Assembly: GCA_012026655.1 (NCBI GenBank)
Contig: JAAILG010000592.1
Location: 1 to 64,000, forward strand
Source: Hydrolagus affinis
Taxonomy: Eukaryota
Direction: 5' to 3'
DNA: 64,000 bases
Numbering within the stretch: position 1 is the stretch's first letter; the number at the start of each line of letters is the position of its first letter. The translations under genes were made by a program, and so were the position numbers. The notes beneath the pieces were generated by a model. That model saw nothing but the letters and a program-made list of their open reading frames with translations, searched no databases and was not told the origin of the DNA. Shown here piece by piece: positions 36,019-49,994 of the stretch.

Positions 36019-39000
36019 TTAAATTCCTAAACTGTATGGTTGAAAAGCAGTACAACACTGAACCTAGATTAGTTCTGTAACTCAGGCCCTGAAAGCAGAA
36101 GCACTGCTCTGCAAGTAGGTAAAATCATGCTAAACCTGCAAATAGCGTCACAATCATAGGAACCTTTTGACAATAATACCATCAATTGATTAGTTATTAT
36201 GTATCATAATTTTCCTCCCTCTAGTTTTCTATCTAATCGCCTGTGTGTGCACCAGTTTAAACACATAAGAAAATTTTGGAAACAAGGTTGTTTTTCTTGG
36301 CAGCTTTTCAGTTATGTGTGTTGTAAAACTTACTGGCAAGAGATGAAATATGAGCATTTTTATTGCCTATCGTTTGCTACAAGTTCTTCATTTCTGTCTC
36401 TGCTTTGTTTGCTTTCCTTATTTTTCTCAATTTGAATTTTCATACTTTGATTCCTTCCCCTGTAATTTATCTGCTTCTCTCTCCCTGATTAATCTAGAAT
36501 ATGCATAAACCCCATATTATCTAAGAAAGAACAGGACGCATGCACCTTTAGTTTTACATACTGAACTTATCCGGGGTACTGTTGGTTTCATTAGATGTTG
36601 AAAGAAAAACAAAAGTATATATAAAATGGATGGATGAACAAAAATCGGAAACATATATATCATTTACAATTTATTTTCCAATTTTTCTTTCTGCTGGAGA
36701 ATGGCAGCAAATTTCTTTCTGTATTTTCACCCAAATCACTGACACAGTAAGGGTCAGCAGGCTGTTTGACCAGCTGCAACTGAGTACTACATCTGACGCT
36801 GATCATTTTTCTCACTCAGATTTAACTAATGTATAAAAACAGACCATATAGCCTGGGTTATTCACTTGCTTGTAAATACCTTATTTCTTCTAAATAATAT
36901 CCTGATTTACCCACCATGCACTATGTGACAATATTCTTCTGCAGTGCTATCACATTCTTCAAACAAGGACACTGCAGAGCAACTCTTTCCTAACATCATG
37001 GCATGCGTTGTTAAAACAAAATGTAGGTTTGAGTAAAAGGGAAAAATGTAATTTGATGTCAGTTTGGACGGCATCCATTAATTGTGATTCATTTGATTTC
37101 ATAAATCTCCTTAATTTGTCTTTATTTACTGCCTTCCATAATTCAACAGATGCTTCATATGCTTGACATTAAGTCCTGCTAACTCTCCAAAAGAAGGACT
37201 AACAGACACCCTTGGTTTGTTTATAGATTTAAGTGATAAAAGCCACAATACACATTATTAAAAAATGTATAATTTTTAAAAGCCTATTAAAAAAACATTT
37301 CTGCAGCATAGGTGTACTTTTAATATATTTCTTTCATATAATTTATTTCTAGGACTCTAACAAGTAACTATTAACGAATCACACATACATGGGGGCTATG
37401 GTGTTACACAACTTATTATCACAACAGGAGTAAATAAAAATGCAGCTTTTGATAAATGTACAATAGCTTTTTAATGATTATCAAAAAAATCAGCAGAGCA
37501 AAGTCACATATTGCAACAGAACAATAAAATAACATTCTCAAAAGAAAGAAGTTTAATAATCGCCAATGGAGAAGTGAAATTAAATAGAAACTTACATCAA
37601 TGGGGCTCTTGCAATAAGTGTATTGTCAATATAAATTAATAACTGAAGTGTGTACTTCCTCTAATGATTTGGTGACTAAAGTCATCACTGGCCATACATC
37701 TTTATGTTTTTTCTTTAGCTATATTGTTGTCTTGGACTCGTTTTCTCTCCCATCATTATTATTATTTATACAGACACAAGAGATTTAGGACCACTGTCTC
37801 TGTTGAGGAACAATTACCTTTTTAATCCCCTTAGCCACCTCCCTCCAATCCACCACCTGTTCTTCACTTTGTTCAGTTTTCACTTGCTCCTCATAAAGTG
37901 ATTTGAGATATCCTACATGAAAATAGGTTGTTACCATGCCTTCAATACGCACAACAGATTCCTCTCAAGGACTTCAGGTCCACATGATTAGCCCCAAACC
38001 CTCCAGCACCTTGCAACCCCACATCCATGTCCTATCTACAAGGCAACATAATTGTCACAGCTGATTACAGACCATGAAACTTCCTGCTCTCAGCGATTAC
38101 TGATTTGAGAGTCAGGCAGCATTAGAATTTCACCTGCTGAAAATACACTTGGAAAGATTTGTAATGAACACATTTGCTGGGGGTTATATATTATGTAATC
38201 AACGTTTGACTATTTTCAGTGCAACCTATAATATTAAGTAGAAGTCAAATAAAAGATTTGTTTTCAAAGGACGGTAACAACCCCAAACTGGTGATTCCAA
38301 ATTTTACATTTTTAAAATGGGAATTCGAAACGGTATTTTCAATCTATAAGTTGAAAATAGTTTTGATCAGATAGGTCCTGGCCCGCGGAAGGTTACAGAG
38401 CTGTACTCAATTATTCCTTATGCTAGCCTTGTGCTCTTTCCTGGACACATGGCTCAAGCAGCAGTAACATTTGAAGCATTCTAACTGTTGTGTTTATTAT
38501 GCAACGGTCGACAAACATATTTACATGTTCCACAGCCTGTGGCTATCATTAGTTGTATTTGCATTTTACAGTTCAACTCATCTCAGCACAGCATAATCAT
38601 CATACCCTACAGGGATTATTACAAGGGTCTGTTTATGTCTGATTGTATCATCTTTACCAATGATGATCTGAAGAAGCTAGGTTTCAGACACACATTACAC
38701 ATTACAATATGTTAAGTGTATTAAATACAATGGTTCACAGGAAGGATTTTGCATACCAAAGGCAAATGCTGGGAAGTTTAGCATTTGCTATATACGAAAA
38801 GATCCTGAAAGTCAAAATGAAGTGAAGAATGTAATGCATCCTAACCCAGGGTGAGGATTCATGTGGAATTCTGAGGAAATTGGATCATATAAAACTCAAT
38901 GTTAGTCTTAGTATCATAGTTATGTCGGTGTTGATGAAACTGTGCACATTTCAGTGCTTATTGTAGATAAGATTCTAGATTATTGCAGATAGTAGTTAAT

Positions 39001-39319
39001 CTTAACAAAAATCTTTGGTTTGTTAATGAGAAACTAATGCCTCTCACTGAATTAATTTACATAATACTTCATTTATGTGGGCCAGCAGCACAGCATGTCA
39101 GTGTATAAATGGGACGTCCTCCCAATGTGAAAGGCTTTATACAAATGTAATTTTTTTGTTTTTGTTGTACTACAGAACAAAAATTTGGGTTAATTCCTCA
39201 AAATGCTAGAGATTCTTGTAGCAGGTGGGTGCACCCAGAAGGCACTCTGCATCAAGTATTATCCTGTCTGAGAGAAGCAGAATTGAACAGCAATGCTTGA
39301 TTTAGCAATAATATTGCTA

Positions 39320-39629
39320 AAGTCCTGTAGTTCAGTGGTTATAGCACTTTCCTTGTGAATGAGTGAACTGGGTTCGATTCCCAGCCTAGCAAAACCCTGG
39401 GCTAGTTTCCTTACTCCACATGCCTGATAATAATCCCTCAAGAAAAAACCCAATAATTTGGTCACTTAATCCATGATTGTTTGTGGGACACTGCAGTGTG
39501 CAATTGGCTGCTGCGTCATGCCCATAAATATACAGTCAATTCACTTTAAAGGTTATTCTGTGAAGCGCTTTGAGACGTCTTGAAGATGTGAAAGAGCACT
39601 ATATCAATGCAAGGATTATTATTATTATT
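39320..39629 (+). mobile_element. tRNA-derived SINE, full length
   Basis: A-box TAGTTCAGTGG (39328), B-box GGTTCGATTCC (39371), L2-type tail, (ATT)n. Confidence 0.9.
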
Positions 39630-40040
39630 TTTTATACAGACACAAGAGTTTATCGACCAATATCTCTGCTGAGGAAAAGTGGGGGATTCAACAACAAAAT
39701 TTGTACATTTGTAAGGTGCCTTACAAGTCAGAAGGATGTCCCTATAAAGTACTCACCTTTTTAGAAGTGGTAAAGGTTGCAGATCTGTTCTTCCAAATAA
39801 TACTCATCTAACATAATCCCATACTGAAACTTACTTCAATGCAGTGTATTGGGTAAAGCAAGGAGTAAGGATGATGCCTTGCAATCGACTTACCATCTCT
39901 TCAAGAATTGTTAGTTTAATTAGGATATATCCATAAAGATAGCACATATGTAGTTTAAGAGACACACTTCAGGTGTATTTGTGCATCAATATCTTTTTTC
40001 CATATCTCATTACCCTTATCTAACAGATATCTATCAACTT

Positions 40041-40670
40041 CAACAACAACAAAATTACATTTGTATCGCGCCTTTCATGTCAGGAAGATGTCCCATGGCG
40101 CCGCTGGACAGTTACTGCTTCAGACCCGAGCTGAGGACAGGGGCGGAGGGGAAGGAAGGGGGGGATTAGGAGTTGCTGATGGGTCATCAGAGAGTTTTGA
40201 GGCGAGACTTGAAGGAAGCCAAGGAGGGAAGGAGGTGGAGAGACTGTGAGATGGAGTTCCAGAGGTTGGGGGCAAAGTGGCTGTAGGATCGCCCACCAAT
40301 GGTGGGGCAGGTGGGTTGGGGGACGTGGAGCAGGCCAAAGCCTGCTGAGCGGAGGGGGCGGGCAAATTGGTAAGGGTATAGGAGCTCACAGATGCAGGGC
40401 AGGGCGAGGTTGTGCAGGGCTTTAAATGTGAGGACTAGAATCTTAAATTGGATTGTCTGGATGATGGGGAGCCACTGGAGACCGGCAAGGATGGGGTCAT
40501 GGAGTTTGGAATGGCAAAGTGTTCTGGATTATCTGCAGCCTGGAGAAATTGGGAAGGCTGACCAGCAGGGTATTTGCATAATTGAGCTGGGATGTAATGA
40601 AGGCGTGGATGAGGGTTTCAGCGGCTTTGGGGATGAGGTAGTGGTGGTGTCAGACAATGTTGCGGAGGGG
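40041..40670 (-). mobile_element. L2 LINE 3' fragment (decayed ORF2)
   Basis: Minus strand encodes QWLPIIQTIQFKILVLTFKALHNLALPCICELL (L2 HWLP..FK motif), followed by 3'UTR and (TTG)n. Confidence 0.9.
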
Positions 40671-41594
40671 GGGAAATTCCAATTTGGTGAGAGAAATCCA
40701 GATTTAACATTTCCAGTCTAGACGTCAGAATGAAAGATAAGAGACATTAAATGCCACCTAATTTTAGCTGGTTTAGTCCATTTTGTTTTAAGATAATACA
40801 GAATTGTGCAGTCTTAATATAGCAGCCCATTTTCTGAAATTCTTTTGCAGTCTGGCTTTCAGACTGAATTTATGTATTTTCTACCATTCAGTGTGATCTT
40901 AGATTTACTCCCAAATTCTATTTGTGGAATTTCAGGCCAAAGCAGCCTTTTTTTAAAAAAAAACCTTTTATTTGAAACTACAATGGGTTCGAAAAGCCTG
41001 TTTTAAGCACTTTTTCCTTTCACACTCCAACCGATTGTCAAATGGGGATCTGCACTGTGCTAAATCGTCAATGAGATTTCCTAACAGTGTAAATGAAAAC
41101 TGGCAGAACCCTCGAAATAGCTTTAAAAATGTACATTCTGATCATCAGCGGTGCCATCAAGAATGTATACCTCTGTGTTTGTGTTCACTTTTACCTAGTT
41201 GATATTGACTAATGGTGACAGTGACCAATTCTGTTGCCTTTCCACATCTATTTTGCTCTTAAATATAGTTCAAAATACTGATTTTGCCATTCATTCTACA
41301 CGAGCAAAACTGACTTATGATTTTTTAATCTGTTTCTGCAAATATCTAAATATTTTTAAAATTAGCCTTCAATAAAATTGTAAGTCACTTGACTGAATAT
41401 AAAAAATAGTTTATTATAAATCAGGGTATTTTAGAGGAGTAGAAGGCTACCAAGTGAGATACAATGCTTTGATGTACAATGTGCAACCGTGCAAAAATAA
41501 TAAAAAACAACATAGGTTCTAGACGAGAAAAGACCAAGGTCCATCTAGTTTGCCTTCCACATTTCTGGTGGTCGCATGGAAATATGTTCCCAAC

Positions 41595-42000
41595 TACCTA
41601 TGTCGTTCCTCACTTTCAAGGCCATTCACGGTCTTGCCCCAACCTATCTCTCCGACTTGCTATGAACGACCCTATGAACCTGGGCCTCCTCCGTTCAGCA
41701 GGCTCCGGTTGGCTGCATGACCCCCGCCCAACTCACCCTATCATTGATGGCTGGGCTTTCAGCCTCTCTGCCTCCACACTCTGGAATTCCAACCCAATCC
41801 CTTTGCCTCTCTTCCTCCCTTGCCTCCTTCAAGACCCTCCCTCCTCTTTGATCGTGCCTTCTGCTGCCCTCCCAACTTTCTCCGTTTCCCCTACCCTTCC
41901 CCTCCCCCTTACTCGGGTCCTGACTTGACTGTTCAGCACCTTGGGACGTCCTCCCGACATAAAAAGGCACAATAAAAATTTAATTTTGTTGTTGTTGTTT
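41595..42000 (+). mobile_element. L2 LINE 3' fragment
   Basis: ctcactttcaaggccattcacggtcttgcccc..ctctggaattcc..gggacgtcctcccgac..(TTG)n. Confidence 0.88.
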
Positions 42001-43859
42001 GTACTTTATCTCATAAAATAAAAAGAATGCCAAAAAAATTGTGCAAACAAATCATTGAGCACAAACAATATATTTCCACTGAACACACAATGAATAACCA
42101 TAAATACCAACTACTGTATAATCAAACAACAATATTGCAAAGCTGTGCAGGAAGTGCAGTTCACAGCTTCATGTCAAAGTGAAAGGCAAGGTTTAAACTA
42201 TCACTTTGAACAGTGTTCAAAGAAACAGAAGTACAGTACATGACTTGCAGCATCAATTGTCAGTAGCAGGCCTAACACTTATCCCAATCCACCTGATGTT
42301 ATTAAGATAGTAAAAAATAGTGATAAACATACTCTCATTAGATATTAATGAGTTTCAGCCACTTAAAGTATGAACCAAAAATTGTGTTGATGTTCTAGTA
42401 AGTGAGAAATGATCAAGCACTGCCTGAGGCTCAATCCTTTTTTGTTGCAGTGATAACATTTCTCCCTCTTTTACAATTAAATACATCCTCAGGACTTCAA
42501 ACGTATCATACTGCTGACTTACAAATTATTTAGTGCAGCTGCTGTGCACAACAAACATTTTCATGTATTCATCAATTTTGATCAAATATACAGTATTCTA
42601 CAAAAGTTAGTTCTTGATAAAAGTAGATTTAGAGTATTTGGTGGCAGTTTAGAACATTGCCCTTTCATTTCTAGGACACACTTATTTATAATTCAATGGA
42701 CGGGGATATGAGCCGTTTTTCTGTTGCTGTTGCTTGTAAAGGTCCTGAACGCAGAGTTTGGGCTATTTTAACACAAGTTTAGTCGGATAAACCCATTCCT
42801 TCAATGAAATTTCAATCCATAATATTGTTTTCCTGTGCTTTGCAAGTTCCTGCTCATGAATTCCAATAATTGAACCCAAAGGCCATTAAGAAAATAATTA
42901 ATCTGACTACTTTCTCAACATAAAAACTCTTTAAAAAAAACTTTGCCTATCATATTTTGTTGCTCTACATTGTAGATTGTATTTGAAGGTTGTGTGGGGA
43001 GAGAAAAGAATTGAGAAACACCACATCATCTCATATGAATATGCTGTATTTATTTTGGGGGATTCTACTTTCTTGCTCCAACAACAGTTGATTATTGACG
43101 ATCTTCACCTTTTTCGAAAAGCACTGAGTATATTCTCAGGTGGTAGAAGTTTGGGTTAAAACAATTGCCCGTCTGTTGCAAAAGTATGTTCTGCAACTTA
43201 TTGCAACCATTAAGATCAGTTTAATATAAAACAATTTGAAAAGCAGAAATGGTCTTGGGGAACAGGCAACAGATGCTATATCATTTAAGTTAAATAACCC
43301 CCCCCCACACCCCAACAGAAATAAACATGAATGTTGACAGCTAGAAAGGGGCCTCTTGTACTATACAGTGCAGGAAGTGAAGGCCACATGGTGAAGTCCG
43401 AAATCTGAGTGTTTGCTGTCAAAAGCCAGAAAAGGTTTCAGGTACTTCATAAAATTCATATTTTTGTGGAGATGGCATAGTTTGGGATCCATGTTTTATA
43501 CTGAGAGCAGCAGTCACTGAAATCCATGCAAAAACCAGGAGACGAGATCGCACCACAAGGATCAAAACCTCATTACTGCAGGTTTTAAATTACGAAATAA
43601 TTTGCAACTGATATTAAAAACATGCCTCTCAGGATTAAATACAACTCAGTTTTCCCAAAAAATTTAGATTTAAAATAATATACCAGACTTTGTAACTCTG
43701 TCAGAGACTGCTTATCACTCATTAAAACAGCAATAAATATTCTGAATGTAAAAGGCAATTCCAAGTCACTTGTATAATTACTAATAGATAAGTACTATTG
43801 TTATAATAATGGTTCGTTATTGCATTTCTATAGTCAGTGTATGTTCACATAAATATTGA

Positions 43860-43865
43860 TTTATT
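43860..43865 (-). terminator. NUBPL: Candidate NUBPL polyadenylation signal AATAAA
   Basis: tttatt on plus = AATAAA on minus, ~120 nt after the stop codon. Confidence 0.5.
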
Positions 43866-43982
43866 CATATTAGGTCCAGCAGCTGTCTTCACAACAGGAT
43901 TCACAGCAAGTCTTTAACCTGTTTGTTATACACGAAAGAACTTGTAAGGGATTCTTGGATGCCAGACTGGAATCTACACTGC

Positions 43983-44045
43983 TCATGGAAAAGGAGTTTG
44001 CAGTCTCTTTACCACTGCAGCAGCAACACTGAGATAGGTGATAGC
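43983..44045 (-). CDS. NUBPL: NUBPL exon 11 (last coding exon)
   Basis: ttgtgttgcag|GCT ... CCA TGA; AITYLSVAAAVVKRLQTPFP*. Confidence 0.9.
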   Translation of the reverse strand, partial: AITYLSVAAAVVKRLQTPFP

Positions 44046-44579
44046 CTGCAACACAAAAAGAAGGGTGCTGATTTAAATTTTATGATCTAAATTTGACACC
44101 TTTGGTAAAAGCGTGTCAAAGATCCAGATATTGAAGATTAGCCATTTATTGTGCCTAACAATACATACAGTAAAACGTTGATAATCCAGCATGGTTGGGA
44201 CCATGCACCTCCCGGATTTCGGAGTTTGGGGGTATTTAGAAACCTACTTAGAAATGGTTGGGAAAGTGCCGCCACATATACCATGTGTGCTGTAAACAAA
44301 GCATGTTTTTCGAAGTGAAAAAAAAACACCCGAGCAGCAATGCGGGCAACCAATAATTATCAAGTTGAAAGCCCCACCACCCGCTCTTTGTGACACAAAC
44401 TTTCTATTGCTCCACTGTTTAATTATGGTTCAGCGGTGCACAAGACAGATTCAAGGATGAATCCGGTTTACAAAAGCAATGAGAAAATTGAGAAACTAGG
44501 CCAGTTAGAATATTCCTCCATTCCTCCCACCCAAAACCAAGCTCTAGTTCACTTGATGGCATTGTTCTAGAAACCAAAA

Positions 44580-44745
44580 CCATATGCTGAGTACTGAGCC
44601 AAACAAACCAGAAGGTTATAGGTTTGATGCGCAGTGTGTTCTGCATTAGCTGATCTAGACAGGGTAAGTTACTGGTAAGCAATAATTGGCTCCAGTGTTG
44701 CTGGAGTGAGGAGATTAAAAGGAAAGAGAAATAAGCTAGTGACCA
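44580..44745 (+). mobile_element. LF-SINE-like 5' fragment in NUBPL intron 10
   Basis: tactgagcca..accagaaggt..ggtttgat..ttagctgatcta..aattggctccagtg. Confidence 0.55.
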
Positions 44746-45554
44746 ACGAAGGAAAGGGATGTCAGGTGGGTGCAAGATCCAATTTAGCTGTGGTTGTAAC
44801 CACATCCCTGGTTTCCGGTAATGTTTCAGGAGGGTTGTAATTTGCACCTGCTTTGTATAAATTCAGTATGTGTGAATATTATTGGGATTGTTCCTCCCTA
44901 AGGACTGGACTGTTCAAAGCTCTCAAGCACAAACAGTCTGCTAACAGTCCACCTGGTTTTAGTATGCTGCAGATTTACATTTATTAACGCAACCAGGCTT
45001 TTCATAACATTAATAAATGCACATGTGCAGCATACTAAGGACTGTTTCCCAGCCAAACAAAGCAATCAGGAGTGGCCATATAAACAACAACTTGCATTAA
45101 ACATGCTTTGTAAGTTGAAACCAGCAACCAAATCAATAAGGCATTTTGAAATGTGACATTACCAAACCCAAACTTCTTCCAGGAAACCAACCAGTACCAG
45201 CTTTCTGGGCTCTGGTTTCTAACCTACCGGAATATTAGTAATAAACTGGCTATTTATTTTGGAATTGATACACAATACAGGTTTCATACTGAACTCTTTA
45301 TTTCAGATTCTCTCCCACTCCCACACAAAATTTTCTTTTCTCTGCTCCTGAAAGTAGTGACTCATGCCGGTGTCTGTTAATCAGGATTATTATGGCCTAT
45401 CAATTAGACACTTAGTTTTTGTTGTTTAAGATTAAAGAGGTGCTGGAAATGTTGGGTGGGTGATTTCTTAGAATACAATTAAGTCTGTACATCTTATGGC
45501 TGAATTTTTTTTTATTTTTTTTTAACCTTTACTAAACAATTTTAAAAAACCAAC

Positions 45555-45637
45555 CTCAGGGCTGTCTGGTTGCGATACCACAACTGGTTGACCATCATCT
45601 GATGTTTTTCTTATATTTAAATGTAATGGGATATCAC
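45555..45637 (-). CDS. NUBPL: NUBPL exon 10 (83 nt)
   Basis: tttttcatag|GT GAT ... GAG|gttggt; [28 protein letters not shown]. Confidence 0.95.
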
Positions 45638-45835
45638 CTATGAAAAATAACAAAAAAATCAGGACAACTATTTTCCTAATTATGGTAAGATGCGAATATA
45701 AATATATCTTAAGATATAATACTGTTTGCATGTGATGTTCATAATACCCAAACACAAAATATTGCTGTCCTCATAATTTCAAATACTGCTCACACTCTTA
45801 ATATAGTTTAAACAATGGTTAAATAAGGTATATAC

Positions 45836-45956
45836 CTAGTATGACCAGCCCAAGTTTTGCTGCCAGATCTTTGGCTCCATCAGCTCCAAAGATGTGGGTC
45901 TCATGTTTGCAGTTTGGACACTGGAAGACACTCATATTCTGGATAATTCCAAGGAT
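45836..45956 (-). CDS. NUBPL: NUBPL exon 9 (121 nt), Fe-S-binding CxxC
   Basis: ttttgatag|ATC ... CTA G|gtatat; [40 protein letters not shown]. Confidence 0.95.
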
Positions 45957-47661
45957 CTATCAAAACAAAAGATTGTCTGCCATAGAATTGTTCTAGATTT
46001 GCAATTGACATTTACAGACTATTTTAAAATGGATCAGTTTGTGTTATTTTATCTATTCAAAATCTCTTCAAGTTGAGATGGAAATGTTGTACTTTTAAGA
46101 TGTATTATAAACTGAAAAATCACATGTCTTATGAGTAATTCTTGGCAAAAATACATTATTTTTCTAAGCTCTGTTACCAATCACAAAATTTAATCAAACA
46201 ATTTTAACACTGCAAAGAAACAGCAACCAGCTACTAACTGATAAATTGTTCCATTTTCAGATCACCTTACACTTTAATTAGTGATGATTATGCTAACTGA
46301 AGAGAAATTGCTTATGCAATCTTGGTTGATTATCAGTGTATAATTGTGATTCATACATTGCCGTCTGCATCCATTTACAGTTAATGCAGCCTTTTCATGT
46401 GACATTATTGCTATCTTCAGTTTCTCTGGGAATTAATTTAAAACCGTTATCACTATTTTCCAGTTCTTTCAGTTTCATGCCAATTCACTGTTCCTTTTCT
46501 TGAGTGCAGTTTGGTTTTATTAGGTGGAATTGAGTACTAACACCACAAGCAGCAAATATGTATTTTACTTTGGCCAGAATTTCTGAAAAATTAAGTCACT
46601 GTTGTTGCTTTTAAAGATCATTCAGATATTGATGCAATCACAGCATAGCCTATGTTCCCATTCAGAGTTTTATCAGACAATCAATGCATGTGCACTGCAT
46701 TCAGCATTGTAGGGATTTTTAAATCAAATATTCATTAATTTGTTCCACTAAATCCAGAATGTAAGCAGGAAATAAACAGAAAGAGAACAGATAAAACATA
46801 TTTTATAAACTGAAAGGATTTTTAGAATCTAATTACATACTGTATATTGTTTATTTTTATTCCCAGTTCTTACCTCATACAAATTATTTAATTGTGACAA
46901 TGTTGAACAATATTTGTAGGAAACAAATACTTCCCCATTGATAAAGAAGGTTGGTCTGATCGAAACCCCCCAAACTACTAATCAGTTTCTGTGCAATGTG
47001 TGTAAATATGTTTGTAACAAAAATACATTTGTAACAAATTGCTGTTACAATGCCTGAGGAAAATAACAATCGTACCAGTTGACCACTACATTCCCTACAA
47101 CCAATAACCCTAAACATTTTTGTGACATCTCATAATAGTGTCATCATATCACTTTTAAAATTTTTCATTTATCATTTCATTCACATATTTACAAACACAA
47201 CCTAGCCAAAGGAAGCAGGCTAAAGGAAGCATAAATCCAGTCTAAAGAGATTGGAAATAAATTTAACATTATAGTGCAAAATGAAACATTAATAGAGGAC
47301 ACTTGACACGAGTGGGGCCAATACTCTTGTTCATCACACACAAGTTTTGTTAGCCTCGCTATTGATATTGGTATAAAGGACACTATATTTACCATTTGAA
47401 TGAGATACACTAAGATCATTTATTCCTTCCAAATAAGTGGCCATGAAATCAATGTAACACAGCAACACTTTGAAGCACGACATAAATAATTTTCGGTCCA
47501 AGGAGTCAGGATCATTAGATTCAGAGATAGATTTAAGAAACCTTGTGGAAAATTAGACAGGTAAACTAGATTAACCAACAGTTGACAGTTGCCTGAAATT
47601 ATTACAAAGTTTAAATTAAATTGAAATAACCAACACAGAAAATCCTATAAACTGTACTTAC

Positions 47662-47747
47662 AGGTACATTAACCTTTCGAAACATTTCTGTTCCTCTCTG
47701 AGCGTCCAACAATGCAATATCCTGGGGAGTAGAAACTATTACTGCTC
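47662..47747 (-). CDS. NUBPL: NUBPL exon 8 (86 nt)
   Basis: ccttcctag|GA GCA ... CCT|gtaagt; [29 protein letters not shown]. Confidence 0.95.
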
Positions 47748-49227
47748 CTAGGAAGGTAGTTAATTTTGATTACGTCACAAAATGCCACACAAAAACATGT
47801 TACTCAGGAGAGGAGAGGTATTTTACTTTTCTATTTGTCTTTTTGTTTCAAAATGGTATATCAGTCTTATGAAGTGAATCTTGTGTAAATATCTCGTCTC
47901 TTGTCATTATTCTGTATTAACATATGATTTTTTTTAACAATTGGACCACATAATGCAATTTAAAAAGGAAAATACACTGTTGCTACACTTTATCATAAAG
48001 GTAAGATGGTAAATGCTATGATTATTAAATAGGTGAACAATTGTTATTTTAACCAAACTGACTAACTCATATTACATTTGTTCTGTAAAGTTTGAAAAAT
48101 ATATCAAACTATGATTTTGTTAATTGACATTAGAAATGTTTAATTTTTCAAAATCTATGAACTTGTTTTTGCAATGTTCATTTGTATTCTGACCCTAAAC
48201 AGTAAACAATAAACTTTGTGCTCCATTCAACAACCAAGAGGATCCATTAGCAGTCATCCAGTCAGACCTTCTCCTGGGACTCAGGCAGTTTTGTGCAAGA
48301 GCAGCTTGGCTGCCACTCCCTCCAATGTTGCTGTTGATTCAACTGATATCAGAAACTAATTGAGGATCACATGTTTGAATTGAATCTGAATTTGACAGGT
48401 GAGGATGTTGGGTGCTGAACCAACCCAACCTCCCTCTTCAGCTAAAAAAATTAAAATAACATCTAATTACTGTGTTGCTTCTTTGACCACTCAGTGTCTA
48501 GCATTTGTGATGCTTATTGGCAACTTTAAATTATTTTCCCTGGTACACCTATGTGAATTGTTTTGCCCACAAATATAAAGTCGGTTTTCCTGCTCTGCTT
48601 CCCCCTACCCCTCCCCTTGCCATCTTTCCCCCCTTTCTCCCCTAACCCCACTTCCATGACTGTTTGCGGGAAACTGCTGTGCTCAATATGTCTGCTGCGT
48701 TTCGCCCACAAATATACAGTAAATTTTCCTGCTCTCCTTCTCCTGATCCCTCCCCCCCTGCTCTGATCCCTACCAGACTGTTCAGCACCTTGGGACGTCC
48801 TCCTGACGTGAAAGACATTCTATAAATGTAATTTGGTTGTTGTTGTTGAACATCTATCCTGTAAACTAAATACCAAACAACTTGCCTTACTTATTAGTTT
48901 TCAAATGAGAGGACGAGAAAAGGAAAAGATCTTTGAAAGGTAATGCAAATACAGACATTGGCTACAAGCGGTGTATTTTAACTTTTTTTACATGGACAAA
49001 TAATGGAGCTTACATACCTGCAGAGGAAATGTTTGTGCTACTTTCTTCAAACACTGATCCCTTGAACTACTTACAAATTCTCAGCTACAATTGAAATATT
49101 TCTGTGATAACTTAACCTAAGTTAAAGAAAAATACCAGCTACTTTAATGCAATAAAATATATTTTGCAAAACCTAGTGTGAAAATAAAGGATTATCACGA
49201 TGCATCAAAAAAATGTTTTTAAAAGTC

Positions 49228-49248
49228 TAGTGCGCCATCTTGTGGCTG
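49228..49248 (-). promoter_or_regulatory. CTCF-like motif in NUBPL intron 7
   Basis: Minus strand GCAGCCACAAGATGGCGCACT matches the CCACNAGRTGGCRC consensus. Confidence 0.6.
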
Positions 49249-49382
49249 CCTATTATTTCAATAGTTTTAAAATGAACAAATTGAGAGAGAGAGAGACTCT
49301 TGGGGAAATTATCAGGGAAATTAATGGTTTAATGGTGTAACACTGGATGGTTTACCCAAGAATATTAACAATTTAAACCTAC

Positions 49383-49476
49383 CCGAAATAGGGATGCTTT
49401 GAGAGATAGAGAGCTGTACATCCCCTGTGCCAGGAGGCATGTCAATCACAAGATAATCTAGTTCACCCCAGTCAAC
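49383..49476 (-). CDS. NUBPL: NUBPL exon 7 (94 nt)
   Basis: ttgttccacag|GTT ... TCG G|gtaggt; [31 protein letters not shown] (Mrp/NBP35 signature). Confidence 0.96.
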
Positions 49477-49994
49477 CTGTGGAACAAGAAATTGACAAAT
49501 GAATAACTGCATATATATTTAATATCATATATATTTGCTGTTGTAATAAAATAAAAAGTATTTAATCAGAAAAATTGGTCTCTTGTTCAAGACAAAGGCA
49601 GAGTCAAAGAAAAGTCTTGGCCAACAATCGCCCAGAAAAACTGGTCATTCATTGCCATTTGTGGATATCGTTGTGTGCAAACTGGCTGCTACATTTGCCT
49701 ACAAATCCACAGTCGCTGCACTTAACACTGTAAAATGCTTTGAGACATCTCAACGATATGATAAGGCACTATATCAAATGCAAGGATTCTTCTAATTAAA
49801 CCTAGAAAAGGGTTGCCCAGTGAAGAAGGTGTTGTATATCTCAATTTTTGTTAAAGTATTCGTGTTTAAAGCAACTGTATGACACAATCATGCAGTATTC
49901 CTTCAAATGCAATAATGCTCCTTCAACATCGATCTTCAACACAATCTCATGAAATAGCATCTACATTCTTTGTGCACCACCCATATGGAATATA

